NCBI GenBank assembly: GCA_964549075.1
Contig: CAZJUB010000069.1
Location: forward strand, 1 to 14,052
Direction of reading: 5' to 3'
From: an uncultured archaeon
Lineage (GTDB): Archaea > Asgardarchaeota > Heimdallarchaeia > Heimdallarchaeales > Heimdallarchaeaceae
DNA: 14,052 nt
Shown here: piece after piece, positions 1 through 7,889 of the stretch
Layout of the letters: each line of letters opens with the position of its first letter
How positions within the stretch are numbered: the stretch's first letter is position 1
Notes under the pieces: generated by a model
The model's input: the letters and a program-made list of their open reading frames with translations, nothing else
Told to the model about the DNA's origin: nothing
Database searches by the model: none
Position numbers and translations under genes: made by a program

Positions 1-567
1 GAGAAGATTGAAGATCCATTAAGTAGATTCATCATGCACTCTATCAAACCTAAGCTCGAGTCTATCCTTTCTCCTCAAGAAAAAGAACAAGCATTTGAGT
101 TAGCTGATAAAATCATATCAGAGCAAATTGAACAAGCTAGTAAAAAAATTAGAACACAGATTCAACAAATATTAGATGAAGAATTTGTAGATGAGATAGA
201 AGAAGAGCAAGAAAGAAAAGAAGAAGACGAATTTATTGCTGAAGTCATAGGGAAATACGTACAAATTGTGGAGGAAAATCCAGAGGAAATTTTTGAAGAG
301 TCTCCAGATGATATAGAAGAATATCCTGAAATTGTCGCTGGAGCGATAGATCTATCTAAAACAGAAAATGAGGAAACTAAGATTACTGATTTTAACAAAA
401 TAAAAGAGCAATTGATTGAGAACAATTTCAATAAATATGTTCATAAAATCGAAGAAAAATTCTCGAATTTTCAAGACCAAGAGAAAGCTAAGGAATTATT
501 CAAACAAAGAATAAAACAAGTAATTGAAGATCATATTGATAAAATTAAAGCTAGCAAAATTAAGTAA
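1..567 (+). CDS. Acidic, probably helical hypothetical protein, 5'-truncated at the window edge
   Basis: Frame 1 is open from base 1 (EKIEDPLSRFI-MHSIKP...) to TAA at 565-567, so ATG 34 is probably internal. Very E/D/K/I-rich, no recognisable family motif. Confidence 0.75.
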   Translation, partial: EKIEDPLSRFIMHSIKPKLESILSPQEKEQAFELADKIISEQIEQASKKIRTQIQQILDEEFVDEIEEEQERKEEDEFIAEVIGKYVQIVEENPEEIFEESPDDIEEYPEIVAGAIDLSKTENEETKITDFNKIKEQLIENNFNKYVHKIEEKFSNFQDQEKAKELFKQRIKQVIEDHIDKIKASKIK

Positions 568-641
568 TAGTTACTAAAATAATTCGGCTTAGTAATAAAC
601 ACATCATTCAGAACATAGAGAGAAGAAAGATTATCTCTTTT

Positions 642-1385
642 TTAGAATTTATAAGGTATCTCATATTGTAACTTGTTTACTTGAAATTTCACATATTTGT
701 CATATCCAGCTTCAAGATTCCATCCAACTTCTACATAAAATGGCACTCTAACTCTATCAACCATTTGATAATCATAGTAATAACCAATCCAATCTTCTAG
801 TTCTTTATCTTTGTATCTTTTTGCTTCAAACTTAGTTGCTTGTCCTTTACTATTAAAATGGAATATCCCTTCAACTTCTATTTCATTGTCTGTGAAAATA
901 ACCTTAGCTGAATTTTCATCTGTTTCTTCCCATCTCAAATTATCAGATGGGAGTAATGCTGTAGGATACCAAGGTGTTTCCGATAACCACCTTAACAATT
1001 CTCCCTGATTCAATTCTGCACCTTTTTCATCGACTATTTTTATTAAGGAAAATAATCTGATTTGTAAATTTCCCTGTCCTTCAATATATCTGTCAGAGCC
1101 TGTAAATAATGGTAGTTTACCTCTCCATAGAAAACCTGGAGTCTCGGTAGTGAAATATTCTTCCCCCTTAATTTTAGACCATTTATTGTTAACTTTAAGT
1201 TCTCCTTTGTGTTTTAAGCGTACAAAACTAATATAGGAACATTGATCTGTTAAAGCATACCTAAAATATCTCTGAACTGGTTCAGGCAAATCTTTAATCT
1301 GTTCTAAAGAAAAGATTTTGTCAGTAATTTTATTTGAAACTGTAAATAATTTTTCTACTTCTTTATTGAATTTTTCTCTTTTCAA
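642..1385 (-). CDS. DUF6544-like hypothetical protein
   Basis: 247 aa with motifs LPEPVQRYFRYA, GEEYFT..PGFLW.G, ELNQGELLRWL.E.PWYPTALLP and EV.W.L..G...Y, which I recognise as DUF6544-like. TTG start preceded by GTGA; in-frame stop at 1404-1406 limits upstream extension. Confidence 0.8.
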   Translation of the reverse strand: MKREKFNKEVEKLFTVSNKITDKIFSLEQIKDLPEPVQRYFRYALTDQCSYISFVRLKHKGELKVNNKWSKIKGEEYFTTETPGFLWRGKLPLFTGSDRYIEGQGNLQIRLFSLIKIVDEKGAELNQGELLRWLSETPWYPTALLPSDNLRWEETDENSAKVIFTDNEIEVEGIFHFNSKGQATKFEAKRYKDKELEDWIGYYYDYQMVDRVRVPFYVEVGWNLEAGYDKYVKFQVNKLQYEIPYKF

Positions 1386-1495
1386 TTTATCACGTTTTAT
1401 ATTCTATAGCGAAAATGTGATTATTTAAGTCCTCGGATGTCATAGATTGGTAATTCCAAAGAATTTTAAGTGAGAAATTTTAGTGTTATATATTA

Positions 1496-1501
1496 AGGTG
1501 A
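1496..1501 (+). promoter_or_regulatory. Shine-Dalgarno site AGGTGA
   Basis: AGGTGA lies 4 nt before ATG 1506. The same hexamer precedes ATG 2042. Confidence 0.7.
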
Positions 1502-1505
1502 TAAA

Positions 1506-1982
1506 ATGAAAATTGTTAGTTTTTTGGGAGTTAAGGAGAATTTTGAATATCAGTGGTTTGATCATAAAGAGAAATATACTCTTGTTCAGTATATTGCTTT
1601 AGATGATAAAGGAAAACATGAGGTTGATTTAGGGTATACAGAGAGAGAAGCCTATGGTTTAAACAGAAAAAGAATAGTTGTCTTTATCGATAGTTATCCT
1701 TACACAGAATTTGTAGCTGCAGATGATTTTGATAAAACAGGAGAACTACTATCTGAGATCCGTTTGATCCAAGAAGACGAATATCTCGACATGTGTGAGT
1801 ATCCAAGTGAAGGAATACCAGCAATATATGCAAACTTTACTGTAGAAGGCTTACCAAATAGAATTAAAGCCAAAGGAGTTCATAATGCCTGGTCAGTAGT
1901 AGCAAATATAAGTGAGCATAATGAGATGATCGCGTTAGCATTTCTGAGAAAGAAGGAAAAAGAGATACACTCAAAAAAATAG
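1506..1982 (+). CDS. Hypothetical protein (158 aa, soluble)
   Basis: Long ORF in AT-rich DNA with a good SD and globular-protein composition. No family recognised. Confidence 0.85.
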   Translation: MKIVSFLGVKENFEYQWFDHKEKYTLVQYIALDDKGKHEVDLGYTEREAYGLNRKRIVVFIDSYPYTEFVAADDFDKTGELLSEIRLIQEDEYLDMCEYPSEGIPAIYANFTVEGLPNRIKAKGVHNAWSVVANISEHNEMIALAFLRKKEKEIHSKK

Positions 1983-2031
1983 ATTGAAATGGATGTAAAA
2001 TGCTTTAATCTTAGAAAACAAGTTTAAAGTA

Positions 2032-2037
2032 AGGTGA
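2032..2037 (+). promoter_or_regulatory. Shine-Dalgarno site AGGTGA
   Basis: AGGTGA lies 4 nt before ATG 2042. Confidence 0.7.
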
Positions 2038-2041
2038 TTAG

Positions 2042-2530
2042 ATGAAAAAAAATCTTTTCTTAGATATCGTTAAAGAGAATTATCTGGCTTTAATGAAGAT
2101 GTTGGAACAAACTATTTCTCTTTGTTCTGATGAGTTGTGGTCAGATGATTCTATAAATCCACATTTTTGGCAAGAAGTATATCATACAATTTATTATCTT
2201 GATTATTATTTCAGTGATGATTGGAAAAACAAACCTAACCATTTTGAGATTCCTGGTCATCTAAAAAAAATACCTGAAATGGTTCTTTCAAAGGAAGACC
2301 TTCAAGATTATCTAAATGAAGTTAGAGAAAAATGCATAAATCTCATTGACAATTTAACTGAAGATAAATTGCAGAAAAAAGATAGTTTCTATTGGACTGG
2401 AGGGACACTTGGTCATCGATTGATTTACAATATCCGTCATTCTCAACATCATATAGGTAAATTAAATTTCATTTTAAGATCTAGAGGGCTAGAAGTATCT
2501 ACGTGGGTTATAGATTCAACGGAGAAATAA
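2042..2530 (+). CDS. DinB/YfiT superfamily protein (putative metal-dependent thiol transferase or hydrolase)
   Basis: 162 aa, helical, with the DinB-type His triad: ...WQEVYHT... and RHSQHHIG (H-x3-H). Confidence 0.85.
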   Translation: MKKNLFLDIVKENYLALMKMLEQTISLCSDELWSDDSINPHFWQEVYHTIYYLDYYFSDDWKNKPNHFEIPGHLKKIPEMVLSKEDLQDYLNEVREKCINLIDNLTEDKLQKKDSFYWTGGTLGHRLIYNIRHSQHHIGKLNFILRSRGLEVSTWVIDSTEK

Positions 2531-2535
2531 GCAAT

Positions 2536-3309
2536 CTACTGGATCTTTTCTTTCTCAACTAGTTTGTGTATATTGTCAGAGTGATATGTTAATATTTTAC
2601 TTTTTAGAAGATAACAAGAAGTACCGTAAGGATGAATAAGATTCTGTGCTTCATAACATGTCACTATGGGTATTTTTCGAACTTGAATTTTTTCTTTTTC
2701 AGCATACTTTTCTATTGATTTGACCATTGCTGGAGTGTAAGGACATTGAAATGATGTATATATTTCAAATCCCTCAAATTCTTCAGTTTCTTTTTGGATT
2801 TCTTTTGTTTTGAACCTAGGTAAATCCACTGTAGAATCATTTTTTAGAACATACAATTCAAAAGATGGGGGATAAGAATCTACCTTCTCAAAGCCATGTT
2901 TGATGAACAATCTGGATTTGGGCAACCATGTTGTTTTAGCTGTCATTACAGCTACTCCTTTCATGCCTTCTGCATCCTTTAAACATTCTTTCAAAAGTTT
3001 AGAACCATAACCTTTACCTTTATGTTGACCTACTACCCAGATACAATGTATGACCATATATCCTTTAGCTTCCAACCCTCGCCAACAATACTCTCCTGGA
3101 ATATATTCTATGAATCCTCTGGAAGTTAGTTTTCCTCTTTCTTCAACCAGTAATAATTTGTATTTCAATCCCTCCTTAAACCTCTCCAATATCCATTCTA
3201 GTTTTGACTGGTATCCCTCTTCTTTTTGCTTTGATTTCTGACAGAACATGCCATATTGTGCTATATTCTCTTGTGTTATGTCAATGATTTTAAAGTTATC
3301 AGATTGCAT
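2536..3309 (-). CDS. GNAT-fold N-acetyltransferase with YoaP-like C-terminal domain
   Basis: GFIEYIPGEYCWR, IHCIWVVG, acetyl-CoA loop QHKGKGYGSKLL, C-terminal QCPY motif. Confidence 0.85.
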   Translation of the reverse strand: MQSDNFKIIDITQENIAQYGMFCQKSKQKEEGYQSKLEWILERFKEGLKYKLLLVEERGKLTSRGFIEYIPGEYCWRGLEAKGYMVIHCIWVVGQHKGKGYGSKLLKECLKDAEGMKGVAVMTAKTTWLPKSRLFIKHGFEKVDSYPPSFELYVLKNDSTVDLPRFKTKEIQKETEEFEGFEIYTSFQCPYTPAMVKSIEKYAEKEKIQVRKIPIVTCYEAQNLIHPYGTSCYLLKSKILTYHSDNIHKLVEKEKIQ

Positions 3310-3310
3310 C

Positions 3311-4357
3311 TCAGTCTATCCTTATATCGAAGTTTTTCAATAGCTCTTCTATCTGGAGTTTATATACACTTCCACCTCTATATCTTTTAAAACCCATTCT
3401 TTCATTTATTGAAAGCATAGGTGCATTTTCATCCGCATTATCAGTAATAATGTATTTAGCATTAGGATAGTTTTCTTTGATATAAAATAGCATTTGAGCT
3501 TTCAACCATTTCCCTAATCCTCTCCCTCGATATTTAGAGAGCACTCCTGTTAATTCTTGTTCAATTCTGTGTGATTCTCTCGGATCAAGTATTATCTCTG
3601 TCATTCCCGATATTCTTCCATCTTTTTCTCTTGAGATTAATGTATAAAATATCTGTCCAGCATCTTTATGTTGTTTTTCGATTTTTCTTCTTAACTCTCG
3701 ATCTATATCGACTTGTGTTTCCACTTCACCTATTGGAACAAGATGTGAGATCCTTGTATACATCTCGCAATATTCATCTATTATTTCTTCAGGACAATGA
3801 AAGAATGATTCAATAGTAACTCCTTCTGCTCTCTTTGGACCTTCATCTACCCATTTTTGCATAAGTTTCCAATCGACATCCTCAAAGTTTAATCGACTTT
3901 CTGAACCTTCAAGACTCAATTTTCCTCCATAACGTTCTAAAAAGAATCGTCCAGAATCATAATTAGTATAAACTTCAAAGGTTGTTTTACCTAAATCTTG
4001 CGCATGTTGAGCAACTACTTTGAGTAAAGCTGTCCCTATCCCTTTCCTATAATAGTCAGGATGAGTGACAATATTCATTTGAGCAATATGCTTATTTTGT
4101 TCATAACTAGATGCAGTTTTGCTGAAAACTCCAGAACCTGACCACCCTACTATCTTTCCTTCTGGCAAATAAGCTAACCATCGAGTAACATCAAAATCTG
4201 CCATATCAGCTTTCTGACGTTGAATAACAGCTTCTCTATTTGGAAGAGGATCATCAGGATGTTGATGTCTAAATACTGCTTCGTTATACTCGAAGTATAT
4301 TTCCCAAAACTCATCTGGAGCTTTTTTAGGATAGAATTCTTCTATTTTAAGGTCCAT
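3311..4357 (-). CDS. Tandem-domain GNAT family acetyltransferase
   Basis: Two acetyl-CoA loops (HPDYYRKGIGTALL; TGVLSKYRGRGLGKWLK) and a C-terminal NADENAPMLSINERMGF. Stop is 1 nt from the next gene's ATG. GAGTGA SD upstream. Confidence 0.9.
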   Translation of the reverse strand: MDLKIEEFYPKKAPDEFWEIYFEYNEAVFRHQHPDDPLPNREAVIQRQKADMADFDVTRWLAYLPEGKIVGWSGSGVFSKTASSYEQNKHIAQMNIVTHPDYYRKGIGTALLKVVAQHAQDLGKTTFEVYTNYDSGRFFLERYGGKLSLEGSESRLNFEDVDWKLMQKWVDEGPKRAEGVTIESFFHCPEEIIDEYCEMYTRISHLVPIGEVETQVDIDRELRRKIEKQHKDAGQIFYTLISREKDGRISGMTEIILDPRESHRIEQELTGVLSKYRGRGLGKWLKAQMLFYIKENYPNAKYIITDNADENAPMLSINERMGFKRYRGGSVYKLQIEELLKNFDIRID

Positions 4358-4422
4358 TTTAAGCTCACTCTATAACTGCTTTTTATAGTTTCGAATTCGT
4401 TATAGTACTTATAAGAATAGCG

Positions 4423-4467
4423 AAAAAAACTGAAAAAAGAAAGGAAAAAACAATAATGTTTTCCTTT
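4423..4467 (-). terminator. Hairpin plus oligo-U terminator of the surface-protein gene
   Basis: Inverted repeat aaaggaaaa (4440-4448) / ttttccttt (4459-4467) directly after the stop, followed on the minus strand by T6 and T7 runs. Confidence 0.55.
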
Positions 4468-7400
4468 TACTTTTTGTATTTAAATTTCTGTTTTAGACTA
4501 ATAAGAGGAATAATCACACAGAGACCTATCAACAAGAATCCCATAATTGGATTAAATTCTGGAACAACTACATTTACTGTAACAAACACTGTATCTGAGA
4601 CTGAATTCAAAACTAGGTCAGTTACATAAATTGTAAAGTTATAAACTCCTATATCTAAACCATCAACATCCAAAGTGTATTCTATATTGCTCATTCCTGT
4701 TAGATCAAGCGTTAAATATTCCTCACCATCTAGATATATGATCATTTCAGCTAGATTAATATCAGAAACTATCCATGTGATATTATTCTCTGCACTTCCA
4801 TAATCGTAGTTGATATCCTCTGGATGATTGATTTCTGGATTGGTAGTATCGATTGTAAATGTCCTTACTTCACTCCAGTTACTCCAGTTGCTTAAGTCAT
4901 CAGCTGTTCTCACTCGCCAATAATACATCCCATCTTCTAAAACCGGGGTTATATACGATGTAGCACCAGATGTATAATCTACAGCAACTGAACTGAAATC
5001 CCAAACATTGTCCACTTGTACTTGATAGAGCACTCCATCAATAACTGTATCCCACTCCAAATAAATGGTGTTGTCATTTGTTATGTTATCTTCGATAGGG
5101 TCAGTTAATGTTGGTGCAGTCGGACCAGTAGTGTCTACGGTAAAAATCCATATCTCACTCCATTCGCTCCAATTATCCAAAGTATCAGCTGCTCTTACTC
5201 TCCAGTAATATGTTCCATCAGCTAAAGCTGCAATCAATGTGTAAGCATTTGACGCAACTTCTACATCAATTATTAGTGTACCAAATGTATCTGTTGTTGA
5301 AACTTGGAATTGATAACTAGTCGCAGAAGCAACCATTAATACCAATAGTTGAGGAGTGTTGTCACTAGTACTTGTCGCATTAGCAGGACTATTCAAGGTT
5401 GGTTGATCTGGTGCTGTTGTATCAATGGTAAATGACCATATTGTACTCCATGATCCCCAGTTACCTGCTTCATCTCTTGCTCTTACCATCCAATAATAGT
5501 CTCCATCAGCTAAAACTGCCAAATCAAGAAATGTCTTACTTGTTATTTCAGCAATTAATGGTGATGCAAATAGATCATCTGTATCAACTAGAATTTGGTA
5601 CTCAACGGCGTCACTTAGGATATACCATTGTAATTGAGGTGTTGAATCATTTAATGCAACACTGTTTCCTGGAAGATATAGAGGAACTTGGTCAGGTCCA
5701 ACTGTATCAACTGTAAATTGGAAAACTTCGCTCCATCCTCCAATATTACCCGCTTGATCTATAGCTCTTATTCTCCAATAGTATACATCATCGCTTAGAA
5801 TTGATGTGGTATAGTTGGTATTTCCAATTATTAGATCAGTAACCACAATACTGAAACCTGCATCTGTACTTATCTGTATTTCATATTGATATCCACCAGT
5901 GGCAGGATCCCATTCTAAGAAAGGTGTATTATCATTTATTTGTGAGTCATCAGTTGGAGTAGTTGGTATAGCTGTACCAGGAGGTACTGTATCAACTGAG
6001 ATTAACCAAACAGTACTCCACGTTCCTACATTTCCTGCTCTATCTATAGCTCTTACTCTCCACCAATAATCCCCATCTGAAAATACTGTGGTGGGAGTAT
6101 AGTAAGTATTAGTAGAAGTACTCTGTAGAAATATCAAAGAGAAGAAAAGATCACGCGAAATTTGTATCTGATAAGTATAGGCTCCTGATGCAGTGCTCCA
6201 AGTAAAAGTTGGAGTATTGTCGTTAGTATAGGTGAAAGAACCTGGACTGGTTGGATTTGGTGTGCCAGGTGGAACAGTGTCTATATGTAGCTGCCATACT
6301 GAGCTCCAAGATCCCCAATTACCAATATCATCTTGTCCTCTTACTCGCCAATAGTATGTTCCATCTGGTAGTGTTGATGGAATATAATATGTTCCACTAG
6401 TTTGGATATCTTTTTCAGTAGTAGTAAATGATGGTGTTGTAGATACTTGGACCTGATATGTAACAGCTAATGACGTTACATCCCAATCTAAATAAGGTGT
6501 ATTATCGTTAGTGTAAGATCCACTTGAAGGAGATAAAAGTGTAGGCGCTGGAGGTACAGGTTTGTCTATTACATGGTATCTTATTGTACTCCACGGTGAT
6601 TCATTTCCCGCTTGATCTGTAGCTTTAACTCTCCAATAGTATAAACCATTTAATGTATCTGGAGCAGTAAAACTAGTTGCTGATGTAGTCACTACTCTTA
6701 ATAGTGAAGAGAAATCTGAAGTATAAGCAATTTCAAGTCTATACCTATAAGCTCCTGAAGATTCGAGCCAAGAGTAAGTTGGTGTGTAGTCAGTTGAGAT
6801 ACTCCCATGTTGTGGTGTGGATAATGTAACAACATCCGGCGGTACAGTATCTACTGTGAACCCCCATTTCTCACTCCATGGTCCATCGCCATCACTATTG
6901 TATCCTCTCACTCTCCAGTACCAATGTCGGTCATCTAAATGTGGAGAAGTGCATATACTTCCTGTAACAGTTCCATCAACTTCTGGTAATAAGAATAAAG
7001 TAGTAGTCGCAACTTGAACTCTGTAACCAGTAGCTCGTGGTACATCAGTCCAATCTAATATAGGTGTATCGTCATTGATATACTCTTCATTATCTGGAGA
7101 TAATAGTGTTGGAGCCACTGTAGGTGTTAAATCAACTGTAAATGACCAAGTTGCTGTCCAAGTATCCCAAGTGTGGGTAAAGTAATCTTGTTCTCTCACT
7201 CTCCAGTAATATGTATCACTTGGTAAAGATGTTGTAACAGTGTAATATGTGTTCATTCCTGTAAATACATAAACAATTGGCGAACTGAAATCTGAATTGT
7301 CGTCAATCTGGAGGCAGAAATCCATATATTCTCCTCCACCATTCCAATCCATATAGGGTGTCCTGTCAATTATTGTTGCTCCATTTGAAGGTGAAACTAG

Positions 7401-7748
7401 TGTTGCAACAGCGTTGATGCTTATAGAACTTCCTACTGGATCCTCTGCTTTGTTAGACGCTATTTCAATTTCATTTTTTGCTGTATCCTTCCCTGAGTCC
7501 ACAAAATCAACATCTGATTGTTGAATAATGTACTCTTCTTCTCCTCCTCCCTGCGAAAGGTATTCTTGAATATATGTACGAATATCTGTCTGTTGGGAAG
7601 ATTCTGTAGTACCTTCAGAACTACCCATTGTTAGATTGGTAAAAGATGGCACGATAATTATACTAATCAATATTAATGCTAGTACTCGTACTCGAAAAAT
7701 TCTCCCTTTTCCAATGTAACCTCTTCCTGAAAAATCTTTTTTTATCAT
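4467..7748 (-). CDS. Large cell-surface protein: signal/TM segment, nine FN3-like repeats, Ig-like domain, PEF-CTERM-like anchor
   Basis: Basic N-terminus plus hydrophobic VLALILISIIIVP; nine ~95-aa units; final Ig-like unit (P.D..Y..G...NITW...D...DGL..G.YNFTI.V.D); C-terminal VPEF, hydrophobic helix, KQKFKYKK. Confidence 0.9.
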   Translation of the reverse strand: MIKKDFSGRGYIGKGRIFRVRVLALILISIIIVPSFTNLTMGSSEGTTESSQQTDIRTYIQEYLSQGGGEEEYIIQQSDVDFVDSGKDTAKNEIEIASNKAEDPVGSSISINAVATLVSPSNGATIIDRTPYMDWNGGGEYMDFCLQIDDNSDFSSPIVYVFTGMNTYYTVTTSLPSDTYYWRVREQDYFTHTWDTWTATWSFTVDLTPTVAPTLLSPDNEEYINDDTPILDWTDVPRATGYRVQVATTTLFLLPEVDGTVTGSICTSPHLDDRHWYWRVRGYNSDGDGPWSEKWGFTVDTVPPDVVTLSTPQHGSISTDYTPTYSWLESSGAYRYRLEIAYTSDFSSLLRVVTTSATSFTAPDTLNGLYYWRVKATDQAGNESPWSTIRYHVIDKPVPPAPTLLSPSSGSYTNDNTPYLDWDVTSLAVTYQVQVSTTPSFTTTEKDIQTSGTYYIPSTLPDGTYYWRVRGQDDIGNWGSWSSVWQLHIDTVPPGTPNPTSPGSFTYTNDNTPTFTWSTASGAYTYQIQISRDLFFSLIFLQSTSTNTYYTPTTVFSDGDYWWRVRAIDRAGNVGTWSTVWLISVDTVPPGTAIPTTPTDDSQINDNTPFLEWDPATGGYQYEIQISTDAGFSIVVTDLIIGNTNYTTSILSDDVYYWRIRAIDQAGNIGGWSEVFQFTVDTVGPDQVPLYLPGNSVALNDSTPQLQWYILSDAVEYQILVDTDDLFASPLIAEITSKTFLDLAVLADGDYYWMVRARDEAGNWGSWSTIWSFTIDTTAPDQPTLNSPANATSTSDNTPQLLVLMVASATSYQFQVSTTDTFGTLIIDVEVASNAYTLIAALADGTYYWRVRAADTLDNWSEWSEIWIFTVDTTGPTAPTLTDPIEDNITNDNTIYLEWDTVIDGVLYQVQVDNVWDFSSVAVDYTSGATSYITPVLEDGMYYWRVRTADDLSNWSNWSEVRTFTIDTTNPEINHPEDINYDYGSAENNITWIVSDINLAEMIIYLDGEEYLTLDLTGMSNIEYTLDVDGLDIGVYNFTIYVTDLVLNSVSDTVFVTVNVVVPEFNPIMGFLLIGLCVIIPLISLKQKFKYKK
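4836..7406 (-). repeat. Nine tandem ~285-nt (~95-aa) FN3-like domain repeats, diverged at the DNA level
   Basis: Consensus P.L.SP......D.TP.L.W......Y.(V/I)Q.....F...........L.DG.YYWRVRA.D..GN...WS..W.F.(V/I)DT..P recurs nine times in 857 aa. Confidence 0.9.
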
Positions 7749-7800
7749 AATCTACCCTCGTTCTTACCTTGTAAGTCACCGAAATAATAAGAAAAGGTGG

Positions 7801-7857
7801 GTTTTAAATGTTCACATTCAAAGTTAAGAGCCATGTCAAGAGTGAACAAATTAAATA
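7801..7857. promoter_or_regulatory. Divergent promoter pair, each with GTGAACA next to a TATA-like box
   Basis: Plus strand: gtgaaca (7842-7848) then aattaaata. Minus strand: gtgaaca (7815-7809) then tttaaaac. Confidence 0.5.
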
Positions 7858-7889
7858 CCTACTTACTTTTTGATTTTAGAGGTTTCTAA

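Noticed and set aside
162-431. Minus-strand Ser-rich ORF (89 aa)
   Set aside because: Antisense shadow of the Glu-rich ORF.
811-7017. Plus-strand ORFs 811-1008, 3050-3241, 3571-3816, 5432-5716 and 6817-7017
   Set aside because: All lie antisense inside well-supported genes and show no motifs.
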